Below are positions 9,292-21,100 of a DNA stretch of 64,000 nt, piece after piece. This DNA comes from Chlorobium sp. (GTDB lineage: Bacteria; Bacteroidota; Chlorobiia; Chlorobiales; Chlorobiaceae). Position numbers and translations under genes: made by a program. Positions within the stretch are counted from its first letter, which is position 1, and every line of letters starts with the position of its first letter. Location of the stretch: positions 3,949 through 67,948 of the forward strand of contig SZYA01000026.1 in NCBI GenBank assembly GCA_005843815.1. Reading direction: 5' to 3'. A model generated the notes under the pieces. The model ran no database searches. It had not been told where the DNA came from and saw only the letters and a program-made list of their open reading frames with translations.

Positions 9292-12200
9292 TTGCCTGAA
9301 AATATGGATGTTACGTTAAATGCAGGGCTCTATGATCCTCAGTTTGAGCATGATGCTTGCGGTGTGGGTTTTATTGCCCATATCAAAGGTGTCAAGTCAC
9401 ACGATCTTGTCGAGCAAGGTTTACAGATCAATGAAAACCTGAAACATCGTGGAGCGTGTGGCTGTGAAAAAAATACCGGCGATGGTGCGGGAATTCTTCT
9501 TCAGGTGCCCGACAAGTTCCTGCGCCGGGTTTGTGCTGAGATAAATATTGATCTACCCCCGGAGAACAGGTATGGTGCAGGTATGCTTTTTCTGCCGCCG
9601 GATATCTCCCAGAGGCGCGCTATTGAGGATATTTGCCGTGTTATGATTCAGGCTGAGGGGCAGAAGTTTCTCGGTTTCAGAAAGGTGCCGACCTGCAACG
9701 ATTCACTTGGCGACACAGCACTTTCGCAGGAGCCGGTTGTCAAGCAACTTTTTGTTGGATGGGGCAAGGAGACGCAGTCAGAACTCGAATTTGAAAGGAA
9801 ACTCTATATCATCCGTCGTCGCATCACCAAACGGGTAAAATATACTGCCGGCCTTCTGGGAAGCAGCTTTTTCTATATCTCCAGTCTTTCCGGCAGGACT
9901 CTTGTCTACAAAGGGATGCTCCTGCCAGAGCAGGTTGGTCTGTTTTATCCTGAATTGCACGATCCTGATATGGAGAGCGCCATTGCCATGGTGCACTCAC
10001 GCTTCAGCACAAATACCTTCCCGAGCTGGGACAGGGCACATCCCTATCGCTTTTTGAGCCATAACGGCGAGATCAATACGCTCAAGGGGAACGTCAACTG
10101 GATGAAGGCGAGGGAAAAAAATATTGAGTCGACGGTTTTTGGGAATGCGCTGGAGAGTATCAAGCCGGTTATTCTGGAGGATGGGAGCGATTCGGCCATT
10201 CTCGACAATGCCTTTGAGTTTCTTGTTCTGTCGGGCCGTTCACTTGCCCACGCGGCGATGATGATTATACCTGAACCCTGGTCTGGCAATGATGCGATCT
10301 CTGCCGAGAAAAAAGCATTCTACGAGTATCATAGTTGCCTGATGGAACCATGGGACGGGCCAGCCTCTGTCACCTTTACGGATGGAGTGCAAATCGGCGC
10401 GGTGCTCGACCGGAATGGTCTGCGCCCTTCACGCTATTACATCACCAAAGATGATCTTGTGATTATGGCATCCGAGGTTGGTGTGCTTGATATTGCGCCG
10501 GAGAGGATTCTTAAAAAAGATCGTTTACAGCCAGGTCGAATGTTTCTGGTTGATACAGCCCAGGGGCGCATCATCTCAGATGAGGAGATCAAGAGTGGCA
10601 TTGCTGCTGAACAGCCTTATAGTGAGTGGATAGAGCGGAACATTATCGATCTGGATTCTCTTCCTGATCATCCGCAGATGAAGAATCCTGATGAGGATAA
10701 ATATAGCCTCACAGCCCGGCAGAAGGTCTTTGGCTATACCCAGGAGGATATCACTCTCCAGATAAAGATTATGAGCGAAAAGGGTGTGGAGCTGGTCGGC
10801 TCTATGGGCAATGACACTCCGCTTGCAGTGCTCTCCAACAAGCCAAAGATGCTGTATGACTATTTCAAGCAGCTTTTTGCCCAGGTGACCAACCCCCCCA
10901 TCGATTCGCTCCGCGAGGCGCTGATAACCTCTACCACCGTTATGCTTGGCACAGAGGGAAATCTGCTGGAGCCTACTGAGGTGAATTGCCGCCGTATTCG
11001 TTTGCCGCATCCTCTCTTGACGAACTACGCGCTTGAAAAGATTCGCGGCATTGACAAGCCTGGATTCAGGGCGGTGACGCTGCCTGTTTTTTATGCGGTC
11101 GCCGAGGGTGGCAAGGGTATCGAAGTGGCTATGCAGGCTCTCTATCGCCAGGCTGAGCAGGCGGCAAGCAAGGGCGTCAATATTATCATTCTCTCGGACA
11201 AGGGAGAGATTGATAGCAACCGGGCACCGATTCCTGCGCTGCTGGCAGTCTCAGGCTTGCATAACTTCCTCATTAATGCCGGGATAAGGACCCAGATCGG
11301 ACTTGTGCTCGAATCCGCAGAGCCGAGAACGGTGCATCATTTTGCCATGCTTATCAGTTATGGGGCTGGAGCGGTTAACCCCTATATGGCTTTCGAAACC
11401 ATTCACTCTCTGGTTGCATCAGGTCGTATCAAACTGGATGAGACGGTTGCGGTCAAGAACTATGTAAAGGCTGCGGTTAAAGGCGTGGTGAAGACCATGG
11501 CGAAAATGGGTATTTCCACCATTCAGAGCTATCGTGGTTCCCAGATTTTTGAGGCAGTTGGTCTAAATACCCAGCTTGTTGATGCCTATTTTACCCGTAC
11601 TCCTACCCGAATAGAGGGTATCGGGCTTGATACGGTTGCGGAGGAGGTACGAAGACGCCACGAAACGGTCTTTCCTCGTACAGGCAATAAGGTTGATCGT
11701 GGTCTTGAGGCTGGTGGAGAGAGAAAATGGCGTCATAGTGGTGAATTTCATCTTTTCAGTCCGGAAGCGATCCATCTTTTGCAACACTCTTGCCGCACTG
11801 AAGATTATGGGCTGTTCAAAAAGTATGAAAACCTTATTGATGATCAAAGCGAGCACCTCTGTACGATTCGAGGCTTGATGGATATTCGGTTCAGTGAACA
11901 ACCGGTTCCACTTGAGGAGGTTGAACCTGTCGAAGCAATCCTGAAAAGGTTCAAGACGGGGGCGATGTCTTATGGCTCTATCAGTCAGGAGGCTCACGAA
12001 ACGCTTGCTATTGCCATGAACAGGCTTGGCGGCAGGAGCAATACGGGCGAAGGTGGCGAAGATCCGGCGCGTTTCCTTAAAGATGCCAACGGCGACTCAA
12101 GAATGTCGGCCATCAAGCAGGTTGCTTCCGGACGGTTTGGGGTTACCAGTGAGTACCTTGCCAGCGCCAATGAGATTCAGATCAAGATGGCCCAGGGGGC

Positions 12201-13905
12201 AAAACCAGGTGAAGGGGGGCAGCTTCCAGGCTCAAAGGTCTATCCATGGGTTGCCAAGGTTCGTTATTCTACCCCTGGAGTTGGACTCATTTCTCCGCCA
12301 CCGCATCACGATATATATTCTATTGAGGATTTGGCCCAGCTCATCCATGACCTGAAGAATGCCAATCCCGAGGCTCGAATCAATGTCAAGCTTGTCTCTA
12401 CGGTTGGTGTTGGTACGATTGCGGCAGGTGTGGCAAAGGCTCATGCCGATGTTGTGCTGATCAGTGGTCATGATGGTGGCACCGGCGCTTCGCCTGTTTC
12501 GAGCATCATGCACGCGGGTATGCCGTGGGAGCTTGGCCTGGCTGAGGCGCACCAGACACTTTTGCTCAACAATCTGCGCAGACGTATTGTTGTTGAGACT
12601 GATGGCCAGTTGAAAACAGCAAGGGATATTATTGTTGCGGCCATGCTTGGCGCTGAGGAGTTCGGTTTTGCAACGACCACCCTTGTGGTGATGGGCTGTA
12701 TCATGATGCGCTGTTGCCAGGACGACTCCTGTCCGGTTGGTGTTGCCACCCAGAATCCGGAATTGCGCAAGCATTTCAAGGGAAAACCGGAGCATGTCGA
12801 AAACTTCATGCGCTTTCTTGCTGAAGGGGTGCGGGAGTATATGTCGCGTCTTGGAGTGCGTACCATCAACGAGCTTGTTGGACGTACTGAACTGCTCAGC
12901 ATGAAAAAAAATGTTCATCACTGGAAGGCGCAAGGGATCGACCTTTCAAAGATTCTCTATCAGGCAGAGGTTGGCGAGCATGAGACAAGGTACTGCACCA
13001 TTGCCCAGGAGCACGGCCTTGAAGAGAGTCTTGATCGTACGACATTGCTCTCGCTTTGTGAACCGGCGATCAAACGAAAGGAGAGGGTTTTTACCACTCT
13101 TCCGATAAAAAACACCAACAGGGTTGTCGGCACTATAGTTGGTTATGAGGTAACCAGGGCGCATGGCGCTTCAGGCTTGCCGGATGACACCATTCACCTG
13201 AAATTTATCGGTTCAGCCGGTCAGAGCTTTGGTGCGTTCATGCCGAAGGGGATGACGCTTGAGCTTGAAGGTGATGCCAATGACTATGTTGGCAAGGGGC
13301 TATCCGGTGGGAGAATTATTGTTTATCCCTCCAAGGGATCATCTTTTGTGCCGGAAGAGAACATCATCATTGGTAATGTCGGCTTTTACGGTGCAACCTC
13401 CGGCGAAGCTTTTATCAGAGGGATGGCTGGAGAGCGTTTCTGTGTTCGCAACAGCGGCCTTCGGGCTGTGGTTGAGGCAATTGGTGACCATGGGTGTGAG
13501 TACATGACCGGCGGAACCGTGATTATTCTTGGTAAAACAGGCCGGAATTTTGCTGCGGGTATGTCGGGTGGCGTTGCTTATGTGTATGATGTGGATGGCG
13601 CTTTGGCCAGCAACTGTAACCATGAGATGGTGGCTCTTTCGGCAATTGAGGATCCCGTTGAGTTGGCCGAGTTGCAGTTGATGATTCAGCGGCATGTCGA
13701 GAGTACGGGAAGTGAGCTGGGTCAGTCAATTCTTGGCGACGGAGAGCTTCTGTGCAAAAAATTTGTTAAAGTGATGCCGCATGATTACCGTCGGGCGCTG
13801 GAGGCCATGAAGGAGGTTGAGGCTGCTGGCCTCAGTGGTGAGGAGGCGGTTATGGCGGCATTTCATAAAAATATTCACGACCCGGCACGAGTTTCAGGGA
13901 ATTAA
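9292..13905 (+). CDS. gltB: Glutamate synthase large subunit
   Basis: Ntn-amidotransferase N-terminus '[11 protein letters not shown]', FMN-binding central domain and C-terminal GXGXG domain; 1537 aa. TTG at 9292; ATG at 9304 is an alternative start. Confidence 0.95.
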   Translation: MPENMDVTLNAGLYDPQFEHDACGVGFIAHIKGVKSHDLVEQGLQINENLKHRGACGCEKNTGDGAGILLQVPDKFLRRVCAEINIDLPPENRYGAGMLFLPPDISQRRAIEDICRVMIQAEGQKFLGFRKVPTCNDSLGDTALSQEPVVKQLFVGWGKETQSELEFERKLYIIRRRITKRVKYTAGLLGSSFFYISSLSGRTLVYKGMLLPEQVGLFYPELHDPDMESAIAMVHSRFSTNTFPSWDRAHPYRFLSHNGEINTLKGNVNWMKAREKNIESTVFGNALESIKPVILEDGSDSAILDNAFEFLVLSGRSLAHAAMMIIPEPWSGNDAISAEKKAFYEYHSCLMEPWDGPASVTFTDGVQIGAVLDRNGLRPSRYYITKDDLVIMASEVGVLDIAPERILKKDRLQPGRMFLVDTAQGRIISDEEIKSGIAAEQPYSEWIERNIIDLDSLPDHPQMKNPDEDKYSLTARQKVFGYTQEDITLQIKIMSEKGVELVGSMGNDTPLAVLSNKPKMLYDYFKQLFAQVTNPPIDSLREALITSTTVMLGTEGNLLEPTEVNCRRIRLPHPLLTNYALEKIRGIDKPGFRAVTLPVFYAVAEGGKGIEVAMQALYRQAEQAASKGVNIIILSDKGEIDSNRAPIPALLAVSGLHNFLINAGIRTQIGLVLESAEPRTVHHFAMLISYGAGAVNPYMAFETIHSLVASGRIKLDETVAVKNYVKAAVKGVVKTMAKMGISTIQSYRGSQIFEAVGLNTQLVDAYFTRTPTRIEGIGLDTVAEEVRRRHETVFPRTGNKVDRGLEAGGERKWRHSGEFHLFSPEAIHLLQHSCRTEDYGLFKKYENLIDDQSEHLCTIRGLMDIRFSEQPVPLEEVEPVEAILKRFKTGAMSYGSISQEAHETLAIAMNRLGGRSNTGEGGEDPARFLKDANGDSRMSAIKQVASGRFGVTSEYLASANEIQIKMAQGAKPGEGGQLPGSKVYPWVAKVRYSTPGVGLISPPPHHDIYSIEDLAQLIHDLKNANPEARINVKLVSTVGVGTIAAGVAKAHADVVLISGHDGGTGASPVSSIMHAGMPWELGLAEAHQTLLLNNLRRRIVVETDGQLKTARDIIVAAMLGAEEFGFATTTLVVMGCIMMRCCQDDSCPVGVATQNPELRKHFKGKPEHVENFMRFLAEGVREYMSRLGVRTINELVGRTELLSMKKNVHHWKAQGIDLSKILYQAEVGEHETRYCTIAQEHGLEESLDRTTLLSLCEPAIKRKERVFTTLPIKNTNRVVGTIVGYEVTRAHGASGLPDDTIHLKFIGSAGQSFGAFMPKGMTLELEGDANDYVGKGLSGGRIIVYPSKGSSFVPEENIIIGNVGFYGATSGEAFIRGMAGERFCVRNSGLRAVVEAIGDHGCEYMTGGTVIILGKTGRNFAAGMSGGVAYVYDVDGALASNCNHEMVALSAIEDPVELAELQLMIQRHVESTGSELGQSILGDGELLCKKFVKVMPHDYRRALEAMKEVEAAGLSGEEAVMAAFHKNIHDPARVSGN

Positions 13906-13930
13906 TGCCGTAAAAGATTAACTCATTGAT

Positions 13931-15406
13931 ATGGGCAAAGTTAAAGGTTTTATGGAGTTCCAGAGAGCGCTGCCAGTTGACAGGGAGCCTCTGGAGAGAA
14001 TACATGACTGGCAGGAGTTTCATAAGGAGATGGATCCTGCTGAGTTACAGAATCAGGGCGCTCGCTGTATGGATTGTGGCACCCCCTACTGTCATACCGG
14101 ATTCATGCTGAGCGGAATGGCTACCGGATGCCCGATTCACAATCTTGTGCCTGAGTGGAATGATTACCTCTATAATGGCTTCTGGCATGAAGCGTACGAG
14201 CGGCTGACCAAAACCAACAACTTTCCGGAGTTTACCGGCAGGGTCTGTCCTGCTCCGTGTGAGGGCTCCTGTGTTCTTGGCATTATTGAGCCTCCGGTGA
14301 CCATCAAGAATATTGAGTACTCAATTATTGAGCGCGCTTTTTCTGAAGGCTGGGTTGAGCCGAAACAGATTCTGCATAGAACGGGCAAGCGGGTTGCTAT
14401 AGTGGGATCAGGTCCTTCGGGCCTTGCCTGCGCTGACCAGCTTAACAAGGCTGGTCACAGTGTGACGGTGTTTGAGCGAGACGACCGTTTTGGCGGCCTT
14501 ATGATGTACGGCATTCCGAATATGAAGCTCAATAAAAAACTGGTGATTGATCGCCGAATTGATCTGATGAAGCAGGAGGGGATCGCCTTTATGGAGAGCA
14601 CCGAGGTAGGCGTTGATTATCCTGCGGACAAGCTTCTTGAAGAGTTTGATGCTGTTGTACTCTGTACCGGCGCTACAAAGCCCCGTAATCTGGATGCAGA
14701 GGGGCGTGACATTCCGGGAATACACTTTGCAATGGATTTTCTGCGTTCCAGCACCAAGGCTCTGCTTGACCAAACAGCGCCGCTTCTTTCCGCTGAGGGG
14801 AAGAATATGGTGGTTATCGGTGGTGGCGATACTGGTACTGACTGTGTTGCCACGTCACTGCGTCAAGGGTGCAAAAGCGTCATTCAGCTTGAAATTATGC
14901 CGAAGCCCCCTCTTGAGCGTCAACGGGATAATCCGTGGCCGGAGTGGCCGAAAACCTTTAAGGTCGATTATGGACAGGAGGAGGCGGCCTCTGTTCAGGG
15001 GGAGGATCCAAGAAAATACTCCATCATGACCAAGAAGTTTCTCGCTGATGATCAAGGGCTACTGGAGGCTGTTGAGGTCTCAAGAGTTGAGTGGATTGAG
15101 GTGGATGGGCGTTTTATGCCACAACCTGTAGCGGGTACAGAGCAGATGCTGCCTGCTGATTTTGTGCTGCTGGCGATGGGATTTATCGGGCCTGAGGAGC
15201 ATCTGTTGCAGCAGCTTCAGCTTCTCCAGGACGAGCGTTCGAACATTCGTGCAACGGATAAAACCTATCTCACCAATCGTGAGCGAATTTTTGCTGCTGG
15301 TGATGCTCGCCGAGGCCAGAGTCTTGTTGTCTGGGCAATTCATGAGGGGAGGGCTGCTGCCCGTGAGTGTGACCGGTTTTTGATGGGTGAAACGCATCTT
15401 CCGTAA
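13931..15406 (+). CDS. gltD: Glutamate synthase small subunit (NADPH)
   Basis: Fe-S cysteine clusters 'CMDCGTPYC' and 'CPAPCEGSC', dinucleotide fold '[14 protein letters not shown]'; 491 aa, immediately downstream of gltB. Confidence 0.92.
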   Translation: MGKVKGFMEFQRALPVDREPLERIHDWQEFHKEMDPAELQNQGARCMDCGTPYCHTGFMLSGMATGCPIHNLVPEWNDYLYNGFWHEAYERLTKTNNFPEFTGRVCPAPCEGSCVLGIIEPPVTIKNIEYSIIERAFSEGWVEPKQILHRTGKRVAIVGSGPSGLACADQLNKAGHSVTVFERDDRFGGLMMYGIPNMKLNKKLVIDRRIDLMKQEGIAFMESTEVGVDYPADKLLEEFDAVVLCTGATKPRNLDAEGRDIPGIHFAMDFLRSSTKALLDQTAPLLSAEGKNMVVIGGGDTGTDCVATSLRQGCKSVIQLEIMPKPPLERQRDNPWPEWPKTFKVDYGQEEAASVQGEDPRKYSIMTKKFLADDQGLLEAVEVSRVEWIEVDGRFMPQPVAGTEQMLPADFVLLAMGFIGPEEHLLQQLQLLQDERSNIRATDKTYLTNRERIFAAGDARRGQSLVVWAIHEGRAAARECDRFLMGETHLP

Positions 15407-15426
15407 ATTTTTATCAAGGATGGATT

Positions 15427-15696
15427 ATGGAACAGCAAAAGCTGAGGGAACTCCTAAAGACGCTTCATCAGGAGCTTGAACAGGTAGACTCTGTTGATGA
15501 AACCACGGAAGTTGTTCTCTCTAATCTCAGGGCGGATATGCAGCGACTTCTTGACGAAAAAGTTGGCACTGTTCACGAGGATGCCTCCCTCATGGAGCGG
15601 ATGAACGAGGCCCTCGACCACTTTAAGGGCGACCATCCAAAGTTGAGCTTGACCATTCAGCATCTTCTGGATAGTCTTGCCAGGATGGGATTTTAA
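15427..15696 (+). CDS. Small helical protein, DUF4404-like
   Basis: 89 aa. 'LRELLKTLHQELEQVDSVDE...' and C-terminal 'HPKLSLTIQHLLDSLARMGF' resemble the DUF4404 pattern as I recall it. Confidence 0.55.
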   Translation: MEQQKLRELLKTLHQELEQVDSVDETTEVVLSNLRADMQRLLDEKVGTVHEDASLMERMNEALDHFKGDHPKLSLTIQHLLDSLARMGF

Positions 15697-15738
15697 GATT
15701 GTATACCTTTTTAACGTGACAGAACGTGTGATTGTTTC

Positions 15739-17049
15739 ATGACCAGAGAACCAGCAAAAGGAAAAACAAGAGGAGGCAACGGCACCACTGACCAGGTTTA
15801 CTGCTCTTTTTGTGGCAGAAGCGCCCAGGAGGTCAACAGCATGATTGCCGGCCCGAATGCTTTTATATGTGACCGCTGTATCAAAACATCTTTTGATATT
15901 CTGCGCAAGGAGATCAACGTGGAGCCTCAACCTGAGCGGCTTCGTGAGCAGCCATTTCAGCCTCGCCTTGCAAACCCTAAAGCGATAATGAGTTCTCTTG
16001 ACCAGTACGTTGTTGGGCAGGAGAGAGCAAAAAAGTCGCTTGCCGTGGCGGTTTACAACCACTATAAGAGGATTGAGTCGCAGGAGCTTCAGAATGAGCA
16101 TGATGAAGTTGTTATCGAAAAAAGCAATATCATGCTCATCGGTCCGACGGGGACAGGAAAAACCCTGCTTGCCCAGACGCTTGCCAACTTGCTTGAAGTG
16201 CCCTTTTCCATTGTTGATGCCACATCGCTGACCGAGGCGGGATATGTTGGTGACGACGTTGAAACCATTCTTGCCCGACTGCTTCACGCTTCCGATTTCA
16301 ACCTCGAACGGGCGGAGCGTGGTATTATCTATGTTGATGAGATCGATAAAATTTCTCGTAAATCGGCAAATGTCTCCATCACCCGCGATGTTTCCGGCGA
16401 GGGTGTGCAGCAGGCGTTGCTGAAAATTCTTGAGGGTGCCGTTGTTGGTGTTCCACCAAAAGGAGGACGCAAACATCCTGAACAGCAACTGATCAACATT
16501 AACACCAAAAATATCCTTTTTATCTGTGGCGGAGCATTTGAGGGGCTTGACAAGATTATTGCCAAAAGGGTTTCAAAGTCCTCAATGGGCTTTGGTGCCA
16601 AGGTCAAAACGACTCAAATTGGCTACGATCCGGAAATTCTCAAACTTGTTATGCAGGATGATCTGCACGAGTATGGGCTTATTCCTGAATTTATCGGTCG
16701 TCTTCCTGTTATTTCGACTCTCGAAATGCTTGATGAAAAGGCATTGCGCAACATTTTGGTTGAGCCAAAAAACGCCATTACCAAGCAGTACAAAAAGCTC
16801 TTTGAGATGGATGGAGTGGAACTTGAGTTTACCGACGAGGCGCTGGACAAGGTGGTCAAGATCGCCATTGAACGGGGAACAGGTGCCCGTGCGTTACGCT
16901 CAGTACTTGAAAATGTGATGATTGATATCATGTTTGAGATTCCTTCGATGAAGAGTACCCATAAATGTGTTATCACGGCAGACACCATTGAGAACAAGAG
17001 CGAGCCTGAATATGTTACGGGGGAGAGAAAAAAGAAAAAAATTGCATAA
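15739..17049 (+). CDS. clpX: ATP-dependent Clp protease ATP-binding subunit ClpX
   Basis: Zinc finger '[18 protein letters not shown]', Walker A 'GPTGTGKT', Walker B 'IIYVDEIDK'; 436 aa. Confidence 0.97.
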   Translation: MTREPAKGKTRGGNGTTDQVYCSFCGRSAQEVNSMIAGPNAFICDRCIKTSFDILRKEINVEPQPERLREQPFQPRLANPKAIMSSLDQYVVGQERAKKSLAVAVYNHYKRIESQELQNEHDEVVIEKSNIMLIGPTGTGKTLLAQTLANLLEVPFSIVDATSLTEAGYVGDDVETILARLLHASDFNLERAERGIIYVDEIDKISRKSANVSITRDVSGEGVQQALLKILEGAVVGVPPKGGRKHPEQQLININTKNILFICGGAFEGLDKIIAKRVSKSSMGFGAKVKTTQIGYDPEILKLVMQDDLHEYGLIPEFIGRLPVISTLEMLDEKALRNILVEPKNAITKQYKKLFEMDGVELEFTDEALDKVVKIAIERGTGARALRSVLENVMIDIMFEIPSMKSTHKCVITADTIENKSEPEYVTGERKKKKIA

Positions 17050-17118
17050 AGTGCCGATTCATTGTGCTTGTTCTTTGTGTTTTTGTGTTGAAAGTCTATA
17101 TTGACAGCCTTTCGGTCA

Positions 17119-17192
17119 GGGCGATTAGCTCAGTTGGTTAGAGCGCTACATTGACACTGTAGAGGTCAGAAGTTCGAATCTTCTATCGCCCA
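17119..17192 (+). tRNA. tRNA-Val (anticodon GAC)
   Basis: Hand-folded cloverleaf: acceptor GGGCGAT/ATCGCCC, D-arm GCTC..GAGC, anticodon stem CTACA/TGTAG with loop TTGACAC, T-arm AGAAG-TTCGAAT-CTTCT, discriminator A; 74 nt, CCA not encoded. Confidence 0.9.
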
Positions 17193-17282
17193 CCCTTTCT
17201 TGACCTGTTACTCGCTGAATGTTTGCGGGTTCTGAGCTGTCCCGGTTAAACTTTTTGCTGAGTAGAAGATTTCAAGAATTTT

Positions 17283-17299
17283 CACCGGAAGTTCCGGTG
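17283..17299. promoter_or_regulatory. Perfect 8+1+8 palindrome CACCGGAA-G-TTCCGGTG inside a TTCACC-N16-TATATT promoter-like element upstream of the 86-aa ORF
   Basis: Read directly from the sequence: the palindrome is at 17283-17299 and TATATT at 17303-17308. Function not established. Confidence 0.25.
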
Positions 17300-17368
17300 T
17301 GATATATTGCTTTTCGGCAGTTATTTTTTATCGCATAATTACAATAAACATTTTACAGGGAGAAAAAT

Positions 17369-17629
17369 ATGCAGACAATTTATACCGATGGTATTGCCAA
17401 CATTACGCTGATTGATGGCATTATTCGTCTTGATCTGGTCAATATCACTCAGGTTGAGCAGGAAAAAGCCAATATCCGCCCAGTTGCAGCGTTGGCGTTA
17501 TCGGTACCAGCACTGCTTCGTACCCATGAGCAACTTTCACAGGCAATCAACAAGATGGTTGAAGATGGTATTCTGAAGAAGAATGATCCTGCAAATGCAG
17601 TTACCGATGGTGCCACCCAGCCTGGGTAA
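17369..17629 (+). CDS. Hypothetical 86-aa protein
   Basis: ATG preceded by 'GGGAGAAAAAT' (SD-like). No recognisable motif. It lies between tRNA-Val and the giant ORF. Confidence 0.4.
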   Translation: MQTIYTDGIANITLIDGIIRLDLVNITQVEQEKANIRPVAALALSVPALLRTHEQLSQAINKMVEDGILKKNDPANAVTDGATQPG

Positions 17630-17948
17630 TTTGCTGATTTTTTGGTAGAACAGGGCTCCATGATCACCACTCCTGCAACAGTCGGGAACCTTGGTGGTCA
17701 TGGTTTTCTGCAGATGGGTTCTGCCATACCGATAACTCCGCATACTATCAGCCCCCCCCGCATTTTTTGTTTCGCATGATCGGCACCAGCCTGATTAGCT
17801 TAATTCGATCAAATAGTCAATCCATCAACTCCGATAGTTTTGCTTTTGTGGCAGTGATTAGTCTATCAAGATTTTCACCTGATTTTGGTTGTCAAGGGTG
17901 ATGTTGATGAGAGCTGGCTGGCGTGATTTTTTTTAAATTTTTTATCGG

Positions 17949-17984
17949 AAAATGAAAAAGGTGTAATAATTATTATTTCATTTT
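17949..17984. promoter_or_regulatory. 9-bp inverted repeat AAAATGAAA-N18-TTTCATTTT in the AT-rich 5' region of the giant ORF
   Basis: Seen directly, about 160 bp upstream of the ATG at 18141 and flanked by A/T tracts. Candidate operator or curved DNA; function unknown. Confidence 0.2.
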
Positions 17985-18140
17985 TTTTAACTTGAATTAT
18001 ATACGCATTAGTTCGCACAGTGGTTGCTGCGGTCGATCAGACGCTATGCGGGTTGGAGGGAATTTTGTAAGATTCTGTTGCGTTGTTTGTTTATCAAATT
18101 GGTTTGCTGCGTTCACATGAAAATTTTCAAGGGGTGACTT

Positions 18141-21100
18141 ATGAATATTGATGCTGTTGTCGAATCCAATGGAGCAGCCTTGTCTGGCGCTGATCTTCTG
18201 AAGAACTTCTGCTCAATGGAGGAATTTGATACTACCGAAAACAGGGAGCTCCGGACGCTGGTTATTGCTGATACCGATATTGAGGATGCTGCTGTTTTAC
18301 TGGAGCAACTTGAGCCGGGGACTGAGCTTTGGCGGGTTGATTTACGGTCGGATTTTGCTGATACTCTTCATAATGCACTCTCAGGAGGATATGATAAACT
18401 TCATTTTGTTGGGCATGGTCAGCCCGGATCGATAACTCTTGGCGGCAAGGTGCTGGAGGCTGAAGATTTTACCGCATTGTCGGGTGCGCAGGTCGATGCC
18501 CCATCCATCCATTTCTGGTCGTGCATGACCGGCGCCGGGGCGAAAGGGCGGGCATTCGTTCATCATATAGCCGAGGCATTTGATACCGTTGTGACAGCTT
18601 TCGGTGGTCTGGTTGGTGCTGGCAACAAGGGTGGCAGTTGGATGCCTGATGTCTTTTCACGTGCAGATGCTTCTGTTGCGCCTCCTTTTGTGAATGCTTT
18701 GGCTTATCAGCACACACTGTTAGCTTCGGCGCTGAAACTGCTCTCAGTAGTTACTGCTACTGGTATAGATGTTCAGGTGAGGTTGGCAGCAGGTACTGTT
18801 ATTGACAAGGCGGATCTTGTTCTGAGTTATGATACTGCGAAGGCGAGCTATACGGGCGCGAAAGGCAATCCTGCCTTAACAGGTTGGAGCTGGGTGCCTA
18901 ATCTTGACTCCCCTGGTCATTTGCTTATAGGTGGTTCTAGCTTAACTTCAATAAACAACAGTACGTCTGAAGTTGTGCTGGCGCGAATCAGCTTTACGCT
19001 TCCTCAGGGAAGCACTGAATTTGGTGCATCATTGGCGAGTGGCACCACGCTTTTGGTCGGTAATTCACAAGTGTCATTGGGCACACTTCCGACACTGGAT
19101 ACCATCCTCATCTCATCGGTGCCTGTCTGGCAATCGTTTACACCGCCAAGTGATTTAACCTATACCGCCGGTTCGACAATTTCTCTTGATTTTCCTCTCT
19201 ATGCGACGGATCCGGATGGGGATGCCATAACCTACAAGGCTTCTGTGGGGCAAATGGTTGACAACATATTTTTTGGCGTAGCCAATGCTCAACAAATTTC
19301 TCTAACATTGTCGAACGGCCATTTGACAGGCAGTACAACTGTGCCTGCACAGGCTGCAGCGGGTAGCTATGTGATGCGCTTGCTTGCTGATGACAAACTC
19401 ACGGATACGAATAATGGAGCTGCTCTTGATGTGCCTTTTTCCGTGATCTCTACGGCGACCATCAATAATATCACCATTAACACCACCGGCAATGTCAGTG
19501 GAACTCCTCTTCCAAGCGAGAGCTACTATGCATTCCATTCAGCCACAGATGTTCTTGCCGCAATTGGAGATTACGGTTTCAGCCTTAATCTCAAGACTGA
19601 TACCGACACCAATCCCCTTACCTTCAATGCAAGCTGGAACTGGCTGAACTCTTCGGGAAATATCAGCCAAACCAGTGCTGGCGTGCTGACGTTTCAGGAT
19701 ACTGATACCTCTAAATCTGGCCCTGAGCTATGGAGTGTAACATTCAACAATGTTGACACTGGAGTGCTTCTTGCGGATGGTACTGATGCCGATACTCTTC
19801 CTGATGGTTTTGTGAGCAATGATGTCAGCTTTCCGCTGGTGTGGCAGGCAAAAGATGCAAACAATGTCATTGCCACCTTTACAGCTACGGGGAAGGACTC
19901 CAGCAACTCTGATGTTACCATCAATGGCGTGTTGAAAGACACCAACAGTGATGGTAAACCAGATACCATAGCCGGAACACAGGGCACCCAGACCTTTAAT
20001 CTTCCCTTCAGTTTCACGGATACCAACAATGATAGCATACCTGATCATTTCACCATAACAGAATCCCAGATACGATCAGGTCGTGTTCAGGTGGATGCAT
20101 CGGGTAATCCTGCGGGGCTCTATCTCAATAATTCGATAACCTTTGACCTTGGCACCACCGGAGCTGCGCTTGCTTCATTGGGCTCGATTGTGGTCAAGCT
20201 GGCGACGGCAAACGCGGGTATGAACGGGGCTAATGTTTCGGTCGCTTCACTGACGTTTGATGGCACGCATCTTACGGTTCCTCTTTCAGGAACTGATGCA
20301 GTTACCTCCCAACCCTATTATTTGTACCCAAACTCCGGTGCAGATATTTTTGTTAAGGTGCCTGCAGGAGTTGTGGTGGGGCAAACTGATATCGTCAAGG
20401 CGTGGCAGGTGGGCAACGTGGACAACAACAGCTACTCACTTTCACCGATGACGGTTGTGGGGAGTAGCGGCACAAGTGGCGCAGACTGGGTAACGGGTAC
20501 CGCTGTTAATGACAGCATTGAGGCTGGAGCGGGGAATGACATCATTCAATGGTCGGCTGGAAATGATACGGTAGATGCTGGCGACGGCTATGATAAAGTG
20601 TATTTGCAGCTTTCAACTCCTGCTACATCAAAAGAGCTTGATGCCGCAGGGGTGCTTCATATTAAAACAGTGGCAATATCAGGTACAGGTACCAGTACTG
20701 GTACTGGTACTGGTACTGGTACTGGTACTGGTACTTCGACCATGGTTGATGCCTACAGGATTACGAAAGAAGCGGCTGCTGATTCTTTTAAGATCCAGAA
20801 AATGGATACCGCTGGCACCTCTGTTGCGCAGACCATGATCCTGAAAAATGCAGAGCTTGTTGCTGCTGGTTCCCAGACATTTCAGCTCAAGATTGCCTCT
20901 GGTGGTGGTCAGTATGTCAGTGGTACCCCCTGGGATGATCAAATCAATCTTGATGCAGCATCTCTTGGAAATTTGGTGCAGGTTTTTGGTGATACCGGCA
21001 AGGATCTTCTTGTGGTTGATATGGGCGCAGGATACAACAAGTTTGAGATGGTCAAAAGTGGAACCTCCTATCTTTTGAAGGGTACGCTCATTTCAGGTGG

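Noticed and set aside
13926-14111. 61-aa ORF overlapping the gltD start in another frame
   Set aside because: It is out of frame with the well-supported gltD, which starts at 13931 behind an SD-like sequence, and it has no motif.
15454-16488. 344-aa ORF antisense to clpX
   Set aside because: It overlaps an unambiguous ClpX coding region. The translation has no recognisable domain, so it is a typical shadow ORF.
20682-20735. Could the GGTACT repeat be a CRISPR-like or other non-coding array?
   Set aside because: The units are 6 nt with no spacers, and the repeat lies in frame inside a 13.6-kb ORF. It is a coding microsatellite.
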